From Deinococcus radiodurans R1 = ATCC 13939 = DSM 20539 (GTDB lineage: Bacteria > Deinococcota > Deinococci > Deinococcales > Deinococcaceae): DNA of 32,000 nt. Below are positions 15,958-29,345 of the stretch, piece by piece (within the stretch, counting starts at the first letter, position 1; every line of letters begins with the position of its first letter). The stretch lies in assembly GCF_000008565.1 (NCBI RefSeq), contig NC_001263.1:341865-373864 (forward strand), read 5' to 3'. Both the position numbers and the translations under genes were made by a program. Under the pieces are notes generated by a model. It saw nothing but the letters and a program-made list of their open reading frames with translations, was not told the origin of the DNA and ran no database searches.

Positions 15958-16481
15958 GCCTGCGCCCCGCCCGGCACGATGGTGTCCGGCGACACGCCGA
16001 GGCGGCGCAGGGCTTCGTTCCAGCGGTCCTCGGGCGCCACATCCCACAGCAGTTCCGGCGTGTCCTGCTCCACCCACAGCCAGGTGCCCACGCGGGCTTC
16101 CTCGGTGAGCTGCCCGGCGGCCCAGCCCGCGTAGCCGAGCACCAGCATGTAGCGCTGCCCGCCGGCAATCACGGCGTGAAGCACGTCCTGGCTGCTGCTG
16201 ACCATCAGCCCCTCGGTGAGCTGCACCTCGCCTTCCAGACCCACCGGGGCGCGGTACAGGCACCAGCCGAGGCTGGGGTCCACCGGGCCGCCGAGCCACA
16301 CCGGGGCCTGTTCCTGCGCCAAATCGGGCAGCAACTCGGCCACCGTGGGGCCGGCCGGCAGGTGAACCATCAGGCCCATTGCGCCCTGCGCGTCGTGTTC
16401 GAGCAGCAGCACGACGGCGCCTTCGAAAAAGCTCCCCTGAAGGTGGGGACTGGCAACCAGAAAGGTCAGCGGGCCGCTCAT
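15954..16481 (-). CDS. YqgE/AlgH-family protein (UPF0301)
   Basis: LTFLVASPHLQGSFFEGAVVLLLEHDAQGAMGLMVHLP...GGPV...LGYAGWAAGQLTEE is the typical family pattern. I place the start at ATG 16481 with TATGCT 6 nt upstream. Confidence 0.85.
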   Translation of the reverse strand: MSGPLTFLVASPHLQGSFFEGAVVLLLEHDAQGAMGLMVHLPAGPTVAELLPDLAQEQAPVWLGGPVDPSLGWCLYRAPVGLEGEVQLTEGLMVSSSQDVLHAVIAGGQRYMLVLGYAGWAAGQLTEEARVGTWLWVEQDTPELLWDVAPEDRWNEALRRLGVSPDTIVPGGAQA

Positions 16482-16563
16482 GGGGGCAGCATAACGCGGT
16501 CGGGGTGAGGGCTTTGCCTTGCCCCCCACCCTTTGCCCTGTGTTCTCCCCCTATCCTGACCTC

Positions 16564-17430
16564 ATGTGGACCCGCCTTCCTTCCAGCGGCCTGCGCGTGA
16601 CCGGCGCGGACCGCACCGACTTCGTGCACGGGCAGATGACCGGCGACCTGCGCGGCGCCCCCACGCCGGGGCTGGTGCCCTGCGCCTTCCTGAACGTGCG
16701 CGGTCAGATCGAGCAGTTTGCCCGCGCCTACCGCCGCCCCGACGACATTTACCTGCACCTTGACGCCGGGCAAGCCCCGCTGCTCGCCGCCCGGCTGCGG
16801 CGCTACATCATCTTCGACCAGGTGGAACTGGAGGACGTGTCGGAAGTTTTGCGAACCGTGCATGTCTGGGACCAGGCCGTACCCGGCTGGGACGATGCGG
16901 GCGCGGGTGCCCAGCAGTGGACCCTCGGCGGCTCGCTGGTCCTCGGCGGACGGGTAAACCGCAGCGGGCAACCTGGTGTGGACTTGCACTACCTTGCCCG
17001 CGACGAGGAGGCAGTCCTCGCGGCGCTGGGAGGTGAGGAACGCCCGCTGAGCGAGCTCGACGCGCTGCGGGTCGCCGCCGGCATCCCCGACATTCAGCGC
17101 GACGGTCTGACCGGGACGCTGCCGCAGGAAGTCGGGCTCGACGTGAGCGGCCCGCTGCCCGCCATCAGCTACCGCAAGGGCTGCTACGTGGGGCAGGAAA
17201 TCATGGCCCGCATCGAGGCGCGGGGGCAGACCCGCTTTCACCTGGCGCGGGTCGCGGGCGAGGGGCTGCCTTCTCACGCCGAAATCCGGCAGGGCGACAA
17301 GGTGGTGGGACAAAGTGGCTTGAGCACCGGCCCACTGGCCCTCGCCCGGCTGCGCCGCGAACTGGAAGACGGCGCGGCGGTGGAGGTCGGCGGCGTGAGC
17401 GCCCGTGTGCAACTTCTCGGGCATGACTGA
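16564..17430 (+). CDS. YgfZ/CAF17-type folate-binding protein (GcvT-like fold)
   Basis: [22 protein letters not shown] is present, and the signature [18 protein letters not shown] place the start at ATG 16564 with TATCCT 6 nt upstream. Confidence 0.85.
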   Translation: MWTRLPSSGLRVTGADRTDFVHGQMTGDLRGAPTPGLVPCAFLNVRGQIEQFARAYRRPDDIYLHLDAGQAPLLAARLRRYIIFDQVELEDVSEVLRTVHVWDQAVPGWDDAGAGAQQWTLGGSLVLGGRVNRSGQPGVDLHYLARDEEAVLAALGGEERPLSELDALRVAAGIPDIQRDGLTGTLPQEVGLDVSGPLPAISYRKGCYVGQEIMARIEARGQTRFHLARVAGEGLPSHAEIRQGDKVVGQSGLSTGPLALARLRRELEDGAAVEVGGVSARVQLLGHD

Positions 17431-17902
17431 GCCCGCTGGACCTGGGCGGCCCAGACATAGGCGGCCCGGCACCCTCGCCCGCCTGAGCGCCGCCCTGCGC
17501 GGCACGCCCGCCGAGCAACTGGCGGGAATGCGCCTCGCGCTGCGGCTCGCTTTTCTGGTGCTGGCGCTGCCGGGGCTGCCGCTGGGGCTGCTTTATCTCC
17601 TGACCCGCCCGGCACCGCTGAGCCTGCCCGTGACCGCCGCGCTGGTCGGAACGGCACTGGTGCTCGGCCTCGGCACGCTGTGGCTCGCCCGCCGCGCCGC
17701 CGTCAACCCCGACATTCCGCGTGAGCAGCGCGGCCTGAGCGCCGCCATTCAGGGGGCGAGTGCGCCCGCCGTCGCTTTTTTGCTGGGGTGCGCCTCGCTG
17801 TCGTCGTGGCCCGCCCTGCTGCTGCTGTGGGGGCTGGCCGCCGCCTTTTATTTCTTCGTCTGGCAGCAACTGCCGGTCTGGGCCGGGCAGACGCAGGCCT
17901 GA
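17423..17902 (+). CDS. Hypothetical membrane protein (about 4 TM)
   Basis: ATG 17423 overlaps the end of the preceding gene by 8 nt. Hydrophobic segments include [23 protein letters not shown] and [19 protein letters not shown]. Confidence 0.55.
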   Translation: MTEPAGPGRPRHRRPGTLARLSAALRGTPAEQLAGMRLALRLAFLVLALPGLPLGLLYLLTRPAPLSLPVTAALVGTALVLGLGTLWLARRAAVNPDIPREQRGLSAAIQGASAPAVAFLLGCASLSSWPALLLLWGLAAAFYFFVWQQLPVWAGQTQA

Positions 17903-17938
17903 GCCTTGCTTTCAAGTCAACCTGGTTTGCTCTGTCTT

Positions 17939-17954
17939 CTTGACACGAGTCAAG
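17939..17954. promoter_or_regulatory. Perfect palindrome CTTGAC-ACGA-GTCAAG containing a consensus -35 TTGACA
   Basis: 6-bp arms with a 4-nt spacer. TTGACA lies at 17940-17945, and a weak -10 (CACACT) follows after 17 nt. The site is upstream of the DUF3006/MBL gene pair. Confidence 0.35.
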
Positions 17955-18034
17955 CATGGTGGCACACTGGGTTTAGACGATAACCCCAGAGAGGGTGGGC
18001 CATGCGGAGCAACAAGCGCCGTGGGGAGGACATC

Positions 18035-18433
18035 ATGGGCAAGGCAACGGAGGCGCGGGCAACGGGAGCGGCGGTGAACGTTATCCTGTGGGCCGCAGCG
18101 GGGGGCGACATGAACGAGCGAGAACAGGCGGAAGGCTGGAGCGAGCGTTGGGTGGTGGACGGGCTGGAAGACAGCCCGCGTGGGCGGCTGGCCCGCGTGG
18201 AACTGCCCAGCGGCCACACCCGCACCATTCCCCTCCACGAACTGCCCGACGGCGTGCGCGAGGGCGACCTGCTCGAAGTACGTGCCGGAGTGGGCGGGCT
18301 GGTCTTTCGCCGCCTGGAAGCTGAAACTCTCGCCGCCCGCTTGCAGGCGCAGCTTCGTCTGGAACAGCTCAACGCTGGGGAAGGTCGCCAGGGCCCCCTG
18401 ACCATCAACGACGACGGGGAGATCGAGCTGTGA
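18035..18433 (+). CDS. DUF3006-domain protein
   Basis: WVVDGLEDSPRGRLARVELPSGHTRTIPLHELPDGVREGDLLEV matches the DUF3006 pattern as I recall it. GGAGGA lies 4 nt upstream of ATG 18035. Alternative starts are 18002 and 18110. Confidence 0.6.
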   Translation: MGKATEARATGAAVNVILWAAAGGDMNEREQAEGWSERWVVDGLEDSPRGRLARVELPSGHTRTIPLHELPDGVREGDLLEVRAGVGGLVFRRLEAETLAARLQAQLRLEQLNAGEGRQGPLTINDDGEIEL

Positions 18434-18689
18434 GCCGGGGCGAAGACAAAAGCGCTGCCCCCCGCCGCGCAGCAGCAAAGTGGGGCCGGAGAAAGCCGAG
18501 ACGACCAAGCCAGAATCGGCCAAGTCGGGCGCTGCCAAAGCCGGAGCCACCAAACCAGCGAAAGCCAGGAGCAGCAGCGGGCAAAACCGCCGCGCGGCCA
18601 GTCCTACAGGTGCCCGCTCCCGAGGCGCAGCACACGCCAAAGCAGGGCCAGCCGCACAACCCCAACGGCGTCCGAGCAGCGCGGACATC

Positions 18690-19558
18690 ATGGCGGTGGC
18701 GCTGGTGGTGTTCATGTCGGTACTGGCGGCGTGCAGCACCAGCCTCGACAAGCGCCGGGGCGAGCAACCCAGCGGTCAGACCGGGCAGCCTGCGCCGCAG
18801 GCGAAGTTACCGTGCAGTTTCTGGACGTGGGCCAGGGCGACGCCGTGCTGGTCCGCAGTCCCGAAGGCAAAACCATGCTGGTGGACGGCGGGCGCAGCAC
18901 CGAGCGGATGCGCGAGCATCTCAAGGCGCTGGGCGTGAATAAAATCGACCTGATGGTCGCCTCGCACGCCGACGCCGACCACATCGCGGGGCTGGTGGAA
19001 GCGGCGAAGACGGGCCACCCCACCCTCTTCATCAACAACGGGCTCGGCGGCACCACCCAGACCTGGAACAAGCTGGTTGCGGCCTTGCAAGACGCCGGCA
19101 CCACCTTCCAAAAGGCGAACAATCAGGTCATCAACCTGGGGAGCGTGAAGGTCCGGGTCATCGCTCCCCCCGCCGGCATGGGCGACGACCAGAACGACAA
19201 CTCGGTGGGCATCCGAGTAGAGTTCGGGCAGTTTGCGGCCCTGATGACCGGCGACTCCGAGACGAAAGAAACCCTCGCCTGGGTGGCCGAGCGCCGCCCC
19301 GAGATTCGTGGCCCGGTGCAGGTCTACAAGAGCATCCACCACGGCGCGGCCAACGGCGACCACCAGGCGTGGTTCAACGTGGTGAAGCCCGAAAACGTCG
19401 TCATCAGCGTGGGTGAAAACAACTACGGCCACCCGACCCAGGCCGCGCTCGACCTCTACCAGAAGAACAACCTGCGCGTCTACCGCACCGACCGCCAGGG
19501 CACCATCACCTTCAAGGGCAAGGCGGACGGTTCCTACGTGGTCGCCACCGTGCGCTGA
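18690..19558 (+). CDS. ComEC-C-terminal-like metallo-beta-lactamase-fold lipoprotein; frame broken near 18795-18805 in this sequence
   Basis: Frame 0 gives MAVALVVFMSVLAAC (lipobox LAAC), then STSLDKRRGEQPSGQTGQPAPQA. Frame 2, from about 18800, gives EVTVQFLDVGQGDAVLVRSPEGKTMLVDGG...SHADADHIAGL...HHGA. The ORF-track call 18731-19558 covers only the MBL frame. Confidence 0.7.
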
Positions 19559-19643
19559 GCATTCAACTTATTTCTGAAGCGGGCAATGGTCACAGGGCCA
19601 GCGGCCCCAATCGTCGTTTTTGCCCTTCACAACAAAGAAAACG

Positions 19644-19686
19644 GGGCACGTGGCTGGAAGTTTTCCACCGGCCACGCGCCCTTTTG
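19644..19686. terminator. Bidirectional intrinsic terminator between the MBL gene and ddl
   Basis: GGGCACGTGGCTGG / CCGGCCACGCGCCC stem (12/14), followed by TTTTGATT on the plus strand and by TTTTCTTTG on the minus strand. Confidence 0.7.
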
Positions 19687-19705
19687 ATTGGCTCTTGACG
19701 CCGCT

Positions 19706-20725
<1,020 letters not shown>

Positions 20726-20958
20726 GCGGGGCAGTATGGCAGCTCAGGGAATGGGTGGGCGCCAAAGCCCCCCAGCGCGCCGGGAGGAGCAGGTGTCTAG
20801 CTGACTCTGCGCCTTTACGCTATGATCGGTCCCGTTCATTCTTTTCAGTTCGTCAGAGATCACGGCGTGGTGTGTGCCGGAGAGAGCAGACCCATACCAT
20901 TTCTTGATCTCTAAGCTGTATCTTCATGCACACAGACCACGTCCTTTTCAGGAGGCTT

Positions 20959-22677
<1,719 letters not shown>

Positions 22678-22760
22678 GCTCGGCGGCTCTCAGCTCAGGG
22701 GCGCGGCAGTGGGCTCAGGCATGAGCCGCACCCTGGGGCAAAGGGACCAACAGCAGATGG

Positions 22761-22805
22761 GGCGGGGGAGAAGAGGGTCCGGCCAGGACAGGCTTCTTCC
22801 CCGCC
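22761..22805 (+). other. Large intercistronic stem-loop after the binding-protein gene
   Basis: GGCGGGGGAGAAG / CTTCTTCCCCGCC (12/13) with a 19-nt loop and no U-tract. This is the usual position for mRNA-stabilising hairpins that raise binding-protein expression over the permeases. Confidence 0.5.
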
Positions 22806-22812
22806 TCCTCTT

Positions 22813-22868
22813 GCTGATTGGCGCTTGCCTGTGCCCGGCGTTTCACCCTTGCCCTCAGCTGATTGGCG
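22813..22868 (+). repeat. Two exact 11-nt direct repeats GCTGATTGGCG, 45 bp apart, upstream of the permease genes
   Basis: Copies at 22813-22823 and 22858-22868. The flanks are also similar (CCTCTT/CCTCA before each). Confidence 0.5.
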
Positions 22869-22892
22869 TAGAGTGACAAACTTGAGGCTTCT

Positions 22893-23914
<1,022 letters not shown>

Positions 23915-23915
<1 letters not shown>

Positions 23916-24934
23916 TGGCAGCTCCCACTACGACTCCGGTGGCCCCCGCGGCTGCCCCGGCCCGCGGCTTCTGGACCTCCCCCGCCCTGCGCAAGTTGCG
24001 CCGCAACCCGCTGGCAGTGACGGGCTTTGTCATTGTGCTGCTCTTCGGCCTGATGGCGCTGCTCGCGCCGCTCATCGCCAAGCCGACCGGCAACTGCCTG
24101 CGTGACCTCGGCATGGAAACGCAGGGCCAGATCTACCAGCCCGGCTTCGCTCTCAAGGCGATCTTCGCGTCCCCCCCCGAGTGCTACAAGATGGAGCGCG
24201 TGAGCTTCGCGCAGGAGCCCGCCCCCGCGAGCTCGGTCACCGGCACCTTCGCGCCGTTCGGCACCGTGAACGGCTACAACATCTTTTACGGCCTGATCTG
24301 GGGCACGCGCACCGCGCTGAAGATGTCGTTCATCATCGTGGGGATCACGCTGTCGATCGGCATCCTGATCGGCGCGATCAGCGGCTTTTACGGCGGCTGG
24401 GTGGACGGTCTGATTCAGGGCATCATCAACGTGATCTACGCGCTGCCGCCGCTGGTCCTCACCGTCACCATCCTGACCATCCTGCGCGCCAAGAATCCGG
24501 GGGGCGACCCCACCGGGCCGATCATCTTCGCCATGTGTATCACCGGCTGGGCGACCTACGCCCGCGTGATTCGCGGGGACATCCTCAAGACCCGGCAACT
24601 GGAATACGTGGACGCCGCCCGTGCTCTAGGTGCGCGCGACATGAGGATGATTCTGCGCCACGTGGTGCCCAACTCACTCACCACCGTCTTTACCCTGGCG
24701 GTGCTGGCGCTCGCCACCGTGCCGCTGAGCGTGGCCGCGCTGTCCTTCCTGGGCCTGGGTTTCGAGTCCGGCTACAGCGAGTGGGGGCAGCTCATCGACT
24801 TTGCCCGCGCCTGGCTCAAGCCCGACTACTGGTACGTGCTGGCGTTCCCGGCCATCTTTATCGTGCTGTTCAGCCTCGCCTTCAACCTGTTCGGCGACGG
24901 CCTGCGCGACGCGCTCGACCCCAAGACGCGCTGA
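23915..24934 (+). CDS. ABC transporter permease (DppC/OppC-like)
   Basis: The ATG overlaps the previous TGA by 1 nt. The EAA-type segment is [24 protein letters not shown]. Confidence 0.9.
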
Positions 24935-24966
24935 GGATTGGGAGCCCCAAACTTCAAGCGTCATGA

Positions 24967-24994
24967 CCCCCGGCTGCGGCTGGGGGCTTTTTTG
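24967..24994 (+). terminator. Intrinsic terminator of the ABC operon (no ATPase gene follows)
   Basis: CCCCCGGC-TGCG-GCTGGGGG stem (one G-U pair) followed by CTTTTTTG. Confidence 0.7.
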
Positions 24995-25059
24995 TTCCTC
25001 CCTTGCCACAAGCGTTCTGCTGACCCATTTGTCTGCTGGCGCGGGCGTATGCTGCCCTC

Positions 25060-26190
<1,131 letters not shown>

Positions 26191-26283
26191 AGGTTGATGG
26201 GTGATGGTTCCGGTGCGCTGACGGAGGCTGGAAGGGGGCTTCGGCGCGTGTTGATAGGCCTCTAGTTCGTGTAGGGAGGGCAG

Positions 26284-26310
26284 CTCGCCCTTTGTTCTGA
26301 CGGGCGAGCA
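26284..26310. terminator. Hairpin between convergent genes (no U-tract)
   Basis: GCTCGCCC-N11-GGGCGAGC, a perfect 8-bp stem. Confidence 0.3.
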
Positions 26311-26342
26311 GACGCTGAGGTCTGGGGAGTTGAGCTAGAGGG

Positions 26343-27068
26343 TCAGCGCGCCCAGTACCCCGGCGTCTCCGTTCCCGGCAGCAGGCGCACCCGCTCCGCA
26401 TTTCCAGCCCGCTCGGCCAGTGCCTGCGCCTCGGCAGCCGCCCGCTGTGGCCCCAGCCAGCCGCGCCAGTAAGCCTCCATCGTGCGGGTGACGAGGGCCA
26501 GGGGAACAGTCTCGCCACCGTCCAGCGGGCAGTACAGCAGGTCCAGGTCCTTCAGCGGGCCGCCGTTCTCACCGCCCACCGGCTGCCAGTAGGGCACGTC
26601 CACCGTCCGTAGGCCGAGCGCGTGGAGCTGCTGACGCCGGGTGAACGGGTCGCTGCCACTGCGGGCTTCAGCCTCGCGCTCGGCGGCGCTCTGGCGGCTG
26701 GGGTGCACGCTGTCGGCAAACATCCCCGGCAACCCCGCCGCCCGCACGTCCGCGAGACTGGCCGCGTGCAGCGCCCGCCCGGCGCCCTGGCCCTGCGCCG
26801 CACGCGAGACGCCCATAAACGAGTTGAAGCCCGCCGCCGGCAGCAGGCTGTAAATCGTGCCGCCCACCACCTCGCTGCCCTGCTCGGCCACCAGAATGCG
26901 GTCCTGGCGTTCGTCCTGGCCCCCAGCCAGCAAGCGGGAAAAGGCGGCAGGTGGAATCAGCATATCGGGGGCGTAGTAGACCTCTTCCTGAATGCGCCCG
27001 AAGGCGGCGAGCGCGGGGTCTTGCGGGTCGGTCACGCAGCGGACAGTCAGGGGCGTGGGGACAGACAT
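26343..27068 (-). CDS. GNAT-family N-acetyltransferase
   Basis: [19 protein letters not shown]...[18 protein letters not shown] is an acetyl-CoA-binding Q/RxxGxG/A-type motif. I prefer the start at ATG 27068 with TACCCT 6 nt upstream. Confidence 0.75.
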   Translation of the reverse strand: MSVPTPLTVRCVTDPQDPALAAFGRIQEEVYYAPDMLIPPAAFSRLLAGGQDERQDRILVAEQGSEVVGGTIYSLLPAAGFNSFMGVSRAAQGQGAGRALHAASLADVRAAGLPGMFADSVHPSRQSAAEREAEARSGSDPFTRRQQLHALGLRTVDVPYWQPVGGENGGPLKDLDLLYCPLDGGETVPLALVTRTMEAYWRGWLGPQRAAAEAQALAERAGNAERVRLLPGTETPGYWAR

Positions 27069-27141
27069 AGCTGCAGGGTAGAGCGGTGGGCGAAGCAGAC
27101 TGTGCGGCAACCTCCACTGGACTCCCCGCGTACTTGGGGTC

Positions 27142-27909
27142 ATGGATTACACCTGGGCAGCAAGCACCGAGCGCGAGGTGCGCAGCGGAAATGACCGGAT
27201 AGAGGTGCTGGAGTACAGCGCCGAGCCGCTGGAAAAGCCGCTGGCAGGCTTTCACCAGACGTTTCAGCGTCCACCGCGCTGGCGACAACTGGCGGTGCAC
27301 AGCAGCGGTCAGGGGGTGGCGACGCTGGAAACAGGCGCCCTCCAGTACCTGCGCGGCGGGATGGAGGTGCAGGCCGTGAACGCAACGGGCGGCAGCGGTC
27401 TGGGCGGCCTGCTGCGAGGCGCAGTAACGGCGGCTTCCAGTGGAGAGGGCCTCTTCAAGACAGCGCTGCGGGGCGCGGGCACCGCCTACACCGAGCCCAC
27501 GCGCCTGCATCTGCTGCTGGGCGAACTGCGCGGCGAGAGCCTGATTGTGGATGACGGCGCTTTCGTCGCCTGCGTGGGACAAATTCAGGTGGGGCGCCAC
27601 GTCAACCGGGGGCTGGCGCAGATGCTGGGCAGCGGTGAGGGCCGCGTGCAACCCAAACTCAGCGGCCAGGGTGTCTTCGCGCTGCAAAGTCCGGTGCCGC
27701 CCGGCGAGTTTCAGGTGCTTGAGCTGCGGGACGAAACCCTGAAGGTGGACGGCAATCTGGTGGTGGCCTACACCGACGGCCTGCAATTCAGCGTGGAGCG
27801 CAGTTCGCGGGGTCTGCTGGGCAGTGCCAAGACCGGCGAAGGCTTCGTGCAGGCGTTCCGGGGCACGGGCCGCGTCTGGCTGGCCCCCACCTTGCCGCTG
27901 CACGCTTAG
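27142..27909 (+). CDS. AIM24-family (DUF124) protein
   Basis: 255 aa with the typical pattern ...[19 protein letters not shown]...[19 protein letters not shown]...[18 protein letters not shown]. Confidence 0.75.
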   Translation: MDYTWAASTEREVRSGNDRIEVLEYSAEPLEKPLAGFHQTFQRPPRWRQLAVHSSGQGVATLETGALQYLRGGMEVQAVNATGGSGLGGLLRGAVTAASSGEGLFKTALRGAGTAYTEPTRLHLLLGELRGESLIVDDGAFVACVGQIQVGRHVNRGLAQMLGSGEGRVQPKLSGQGVFALQSPVPPGEFQVLELRDETLKVDGNLVVAYTDGLQFSVERSSRGLLGSAKTGEGFVQAFRGTGRVWLAPTLPLHA

Positions 27910-27987
27910 GGCTGAGGCCGGGCGTACACTCGGGGGATGGCCCCCGCTTTCCCCCACCCCTGGCTGTGCGTGCTCGGTGGGCTGTGA

Positions 27988-28164
27988 TTGCCTGCTCCCC
28001 TTTTGCTGGGGCTCCTGCTCTGGCAGGCGGCCCGGCACCCCGGCACGGGCTGGACCTGCTATTTTCCGGCAAACCCACTTGTGGTGGCTCTACTTTTCGC
28101 TGCGCTGCTGGCGCTCTGGCTGGGACCGGGGCTGATGTTGCTGCGCTGGGGGTATAAGAAGTGA
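27988..28164 (+). CDS. Candidate 58-aa two-TM membrane ORF (TTG start), not in the ORF track
   Basis: My own translation is (L/M)PAPLLLGLLLWQAARHPGTGWTCYFPANPLVVALLFAALLALWLGPGLMLLRWGYKK*. GC3 is about 76%, versus about 50% for the competing listed frame. The stop overlaps the next GTG start as GTGA. Confidence 0.35.
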   Translation: MPAPLLLGLLLWQAARHPGTGWTCYFPANPLVVALLFAALLALWLGPGLMLLRWGYKK

Positions 28165-28421
28165 AACTGGCCGCAGGCTTTTTCGGCGCTGGAATGGCCT
28201 TCCTCATCTCGGGGCTGCTGGCCGGAGCCTTTCCCGCGCTGTGGAGTTCTTACCGTTTGCTCCAGCTTCTCTACTCACTGGGCATTTTCCGCGATGATGT
28301 CGCCTTCGCGGGCAACTTTCCTGACCCGCTCGCGTCTGCGGTAGGCCGCGTCTTCCTGCTGCTTTCCCTGGTTTCCTTTGCCCTCGCCGCCCTTTCTTAC
28401 CTCCTGAAACGGACCCCATGA
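28161..28421 (+). CDS. Small membrane protein (86 aa, 2-3 TM)
   Basis: GTG start. Hydrophobic segments are AAGFFGAGMAFLISGLLAGAF and VFLLLSLVSFALAALSYLL. The stop overlaps the mqnA ATG (ATGA). Confidence 0.55.
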   Translation: MKLAAGFFGAGMAFLISGLLAGAFPALWSSYRLLQLLYSLGIFRDDVAFAGNFPDPLASAVGRVFLLLSLVSFALAALSYLLKRTP

Positions 28422-29293
28422 CCAACCATCACCCATCATCTACTGGCCCTCAACACCCCTACCGCGCGGGGTGGATTCATTTCACCAACGTCGCGCCCAT
28501 TCTGGATTCGCTGGAGCTGCCGCCGGGCGTTACAGCCATCACTGGCGTGCCCACCCAGATGAACGCGGCGCTGCTTTCGGGCGAGGTGGACATCGCCAAC
28601 GTCAGCGCGGTGGAGTTCATCCGGCACGCCGACACGCTCGCGGCCCTGCCCGACTTCAGCGTGGCGGTGCTGGGGCCGGTGTACTCGGTCAATCTTTTTC
28701 ACACCTGCCCGCTGCCGGAGCTGCGCCGGGTGGCCTTGACCTCGCAAAGTGCCATGAGCGTGGCGCTGCTGGAAGTGCTGCTGCGGCAAAAGGGCCTCTC
28801 GCCTGTGCTAGAGCGTGCCGAGGGCACCGCCGAGTCGCTGTTGGCCGCCGGGTATGACGGCGTGCTCCGCATCGGCGACGACGCCTTGCGCGAATGGTAC
28901 GGGGTGGTCGGTCCCCTGACGCCGGAGCGCACCATGACCAGCCTGCCGCACACGGGGCGTGGCATTACCGTCACCGACCTCGCGCAGGAGTGGTTCGACC
29001 TCACCGGCCACCCCTTCACCTTCGCCGTGTGGGCCTATCGCAAGGACAATCCGCCGCCCGCCGCCCTTCTTCAGGCCATGCGCGAGGCGCGGCGCCGGGG
29101 CATCGGGCACCTCGCGGAAGTGTCGCAGCGGCACGCTGAAAAATTGGGCCTGCCCGAACGGGTGGTGCAGCACTACCTCTGGAACTTCCGCTACCACCTC
29201 GAAGCGCCCGACCGCCTCGGCCTGCGCGAATTCGCCGACCTCGCGGTGCCGGGGCACGCGGAACTGACCTTCGGAGCGCGTGAGGAAGCATAA
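28418..29293 (+). CDS. mqnA: Chorismate dehydratase MqnA (futalosine pathway, VitK2_biosynth family)
   Basis: GWIHFTNVAPILDSL...GVPTQMNAALLSGEVDIANVSAVEFIRH matches the MqnA-type N-terminus. It lacks the SPCPND motif of MqnD. Confidence 0.8.
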   Translation: MTNHHPSSTGPQHPYRAGWIHFTNVAPILDSLELPPGVTAITGVPTQMNAALLSGEVDIANVSAVEFIRHADTLAALPDFSVAVLGPVYSVNLFHTCPLPELRRVALTSQSAMSVALLEVLLRQKGLSPVLERAEGTAESLLAAGYDGVLRIGDDALREWYGVVGPLTPERTMTSLPHTGRGITVTDLAQEWFDLTGHPFTFAVWAYRKDNPPPAALLQAMREARRRGIGHLAEVSQRHAEKLGLPERVVQHYLWNFRYHLEAPDRLGLREFADLAVPGHAELTFGAREEA

Positions 29294-29314
29294 AAACCGG
29301 ACACGCAGTCCGGT
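29291..29314 (-). terminator. Intrinsic terminator of the small hydrophilic-protein gene; also ends mqnA transcription region
   Basis: The minus strand reads ACCGGAC-TGCGT-GTCCGGT followed by TTTTTA. Confidence 0.6.
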
Positions 29315-29345
29315 CAGTGTTGGGATTAGAGCTTGAGGGGCAGGC

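Noticed and set aside
15958-17505. Upper two-thirds of the 726-aa ORF 15325-17505 (-).
   Set aside because: Only the last ~210 codons (the methyltransferase) look real. The rest overlaps the well-supported algH-like (-) and ygfZ-like (+) genes and translates to Arg/Gly/Ala/Pro-rich low-complexity sequence.
20822-20911. 29-codon ORF ([30 protein letters not shown]) in the leader of the binding-protein gene.
   Set aside because: It has no SD sequence and poor codon bias for this genome (many A/T-ending codons). It is more likely untranslated leader.
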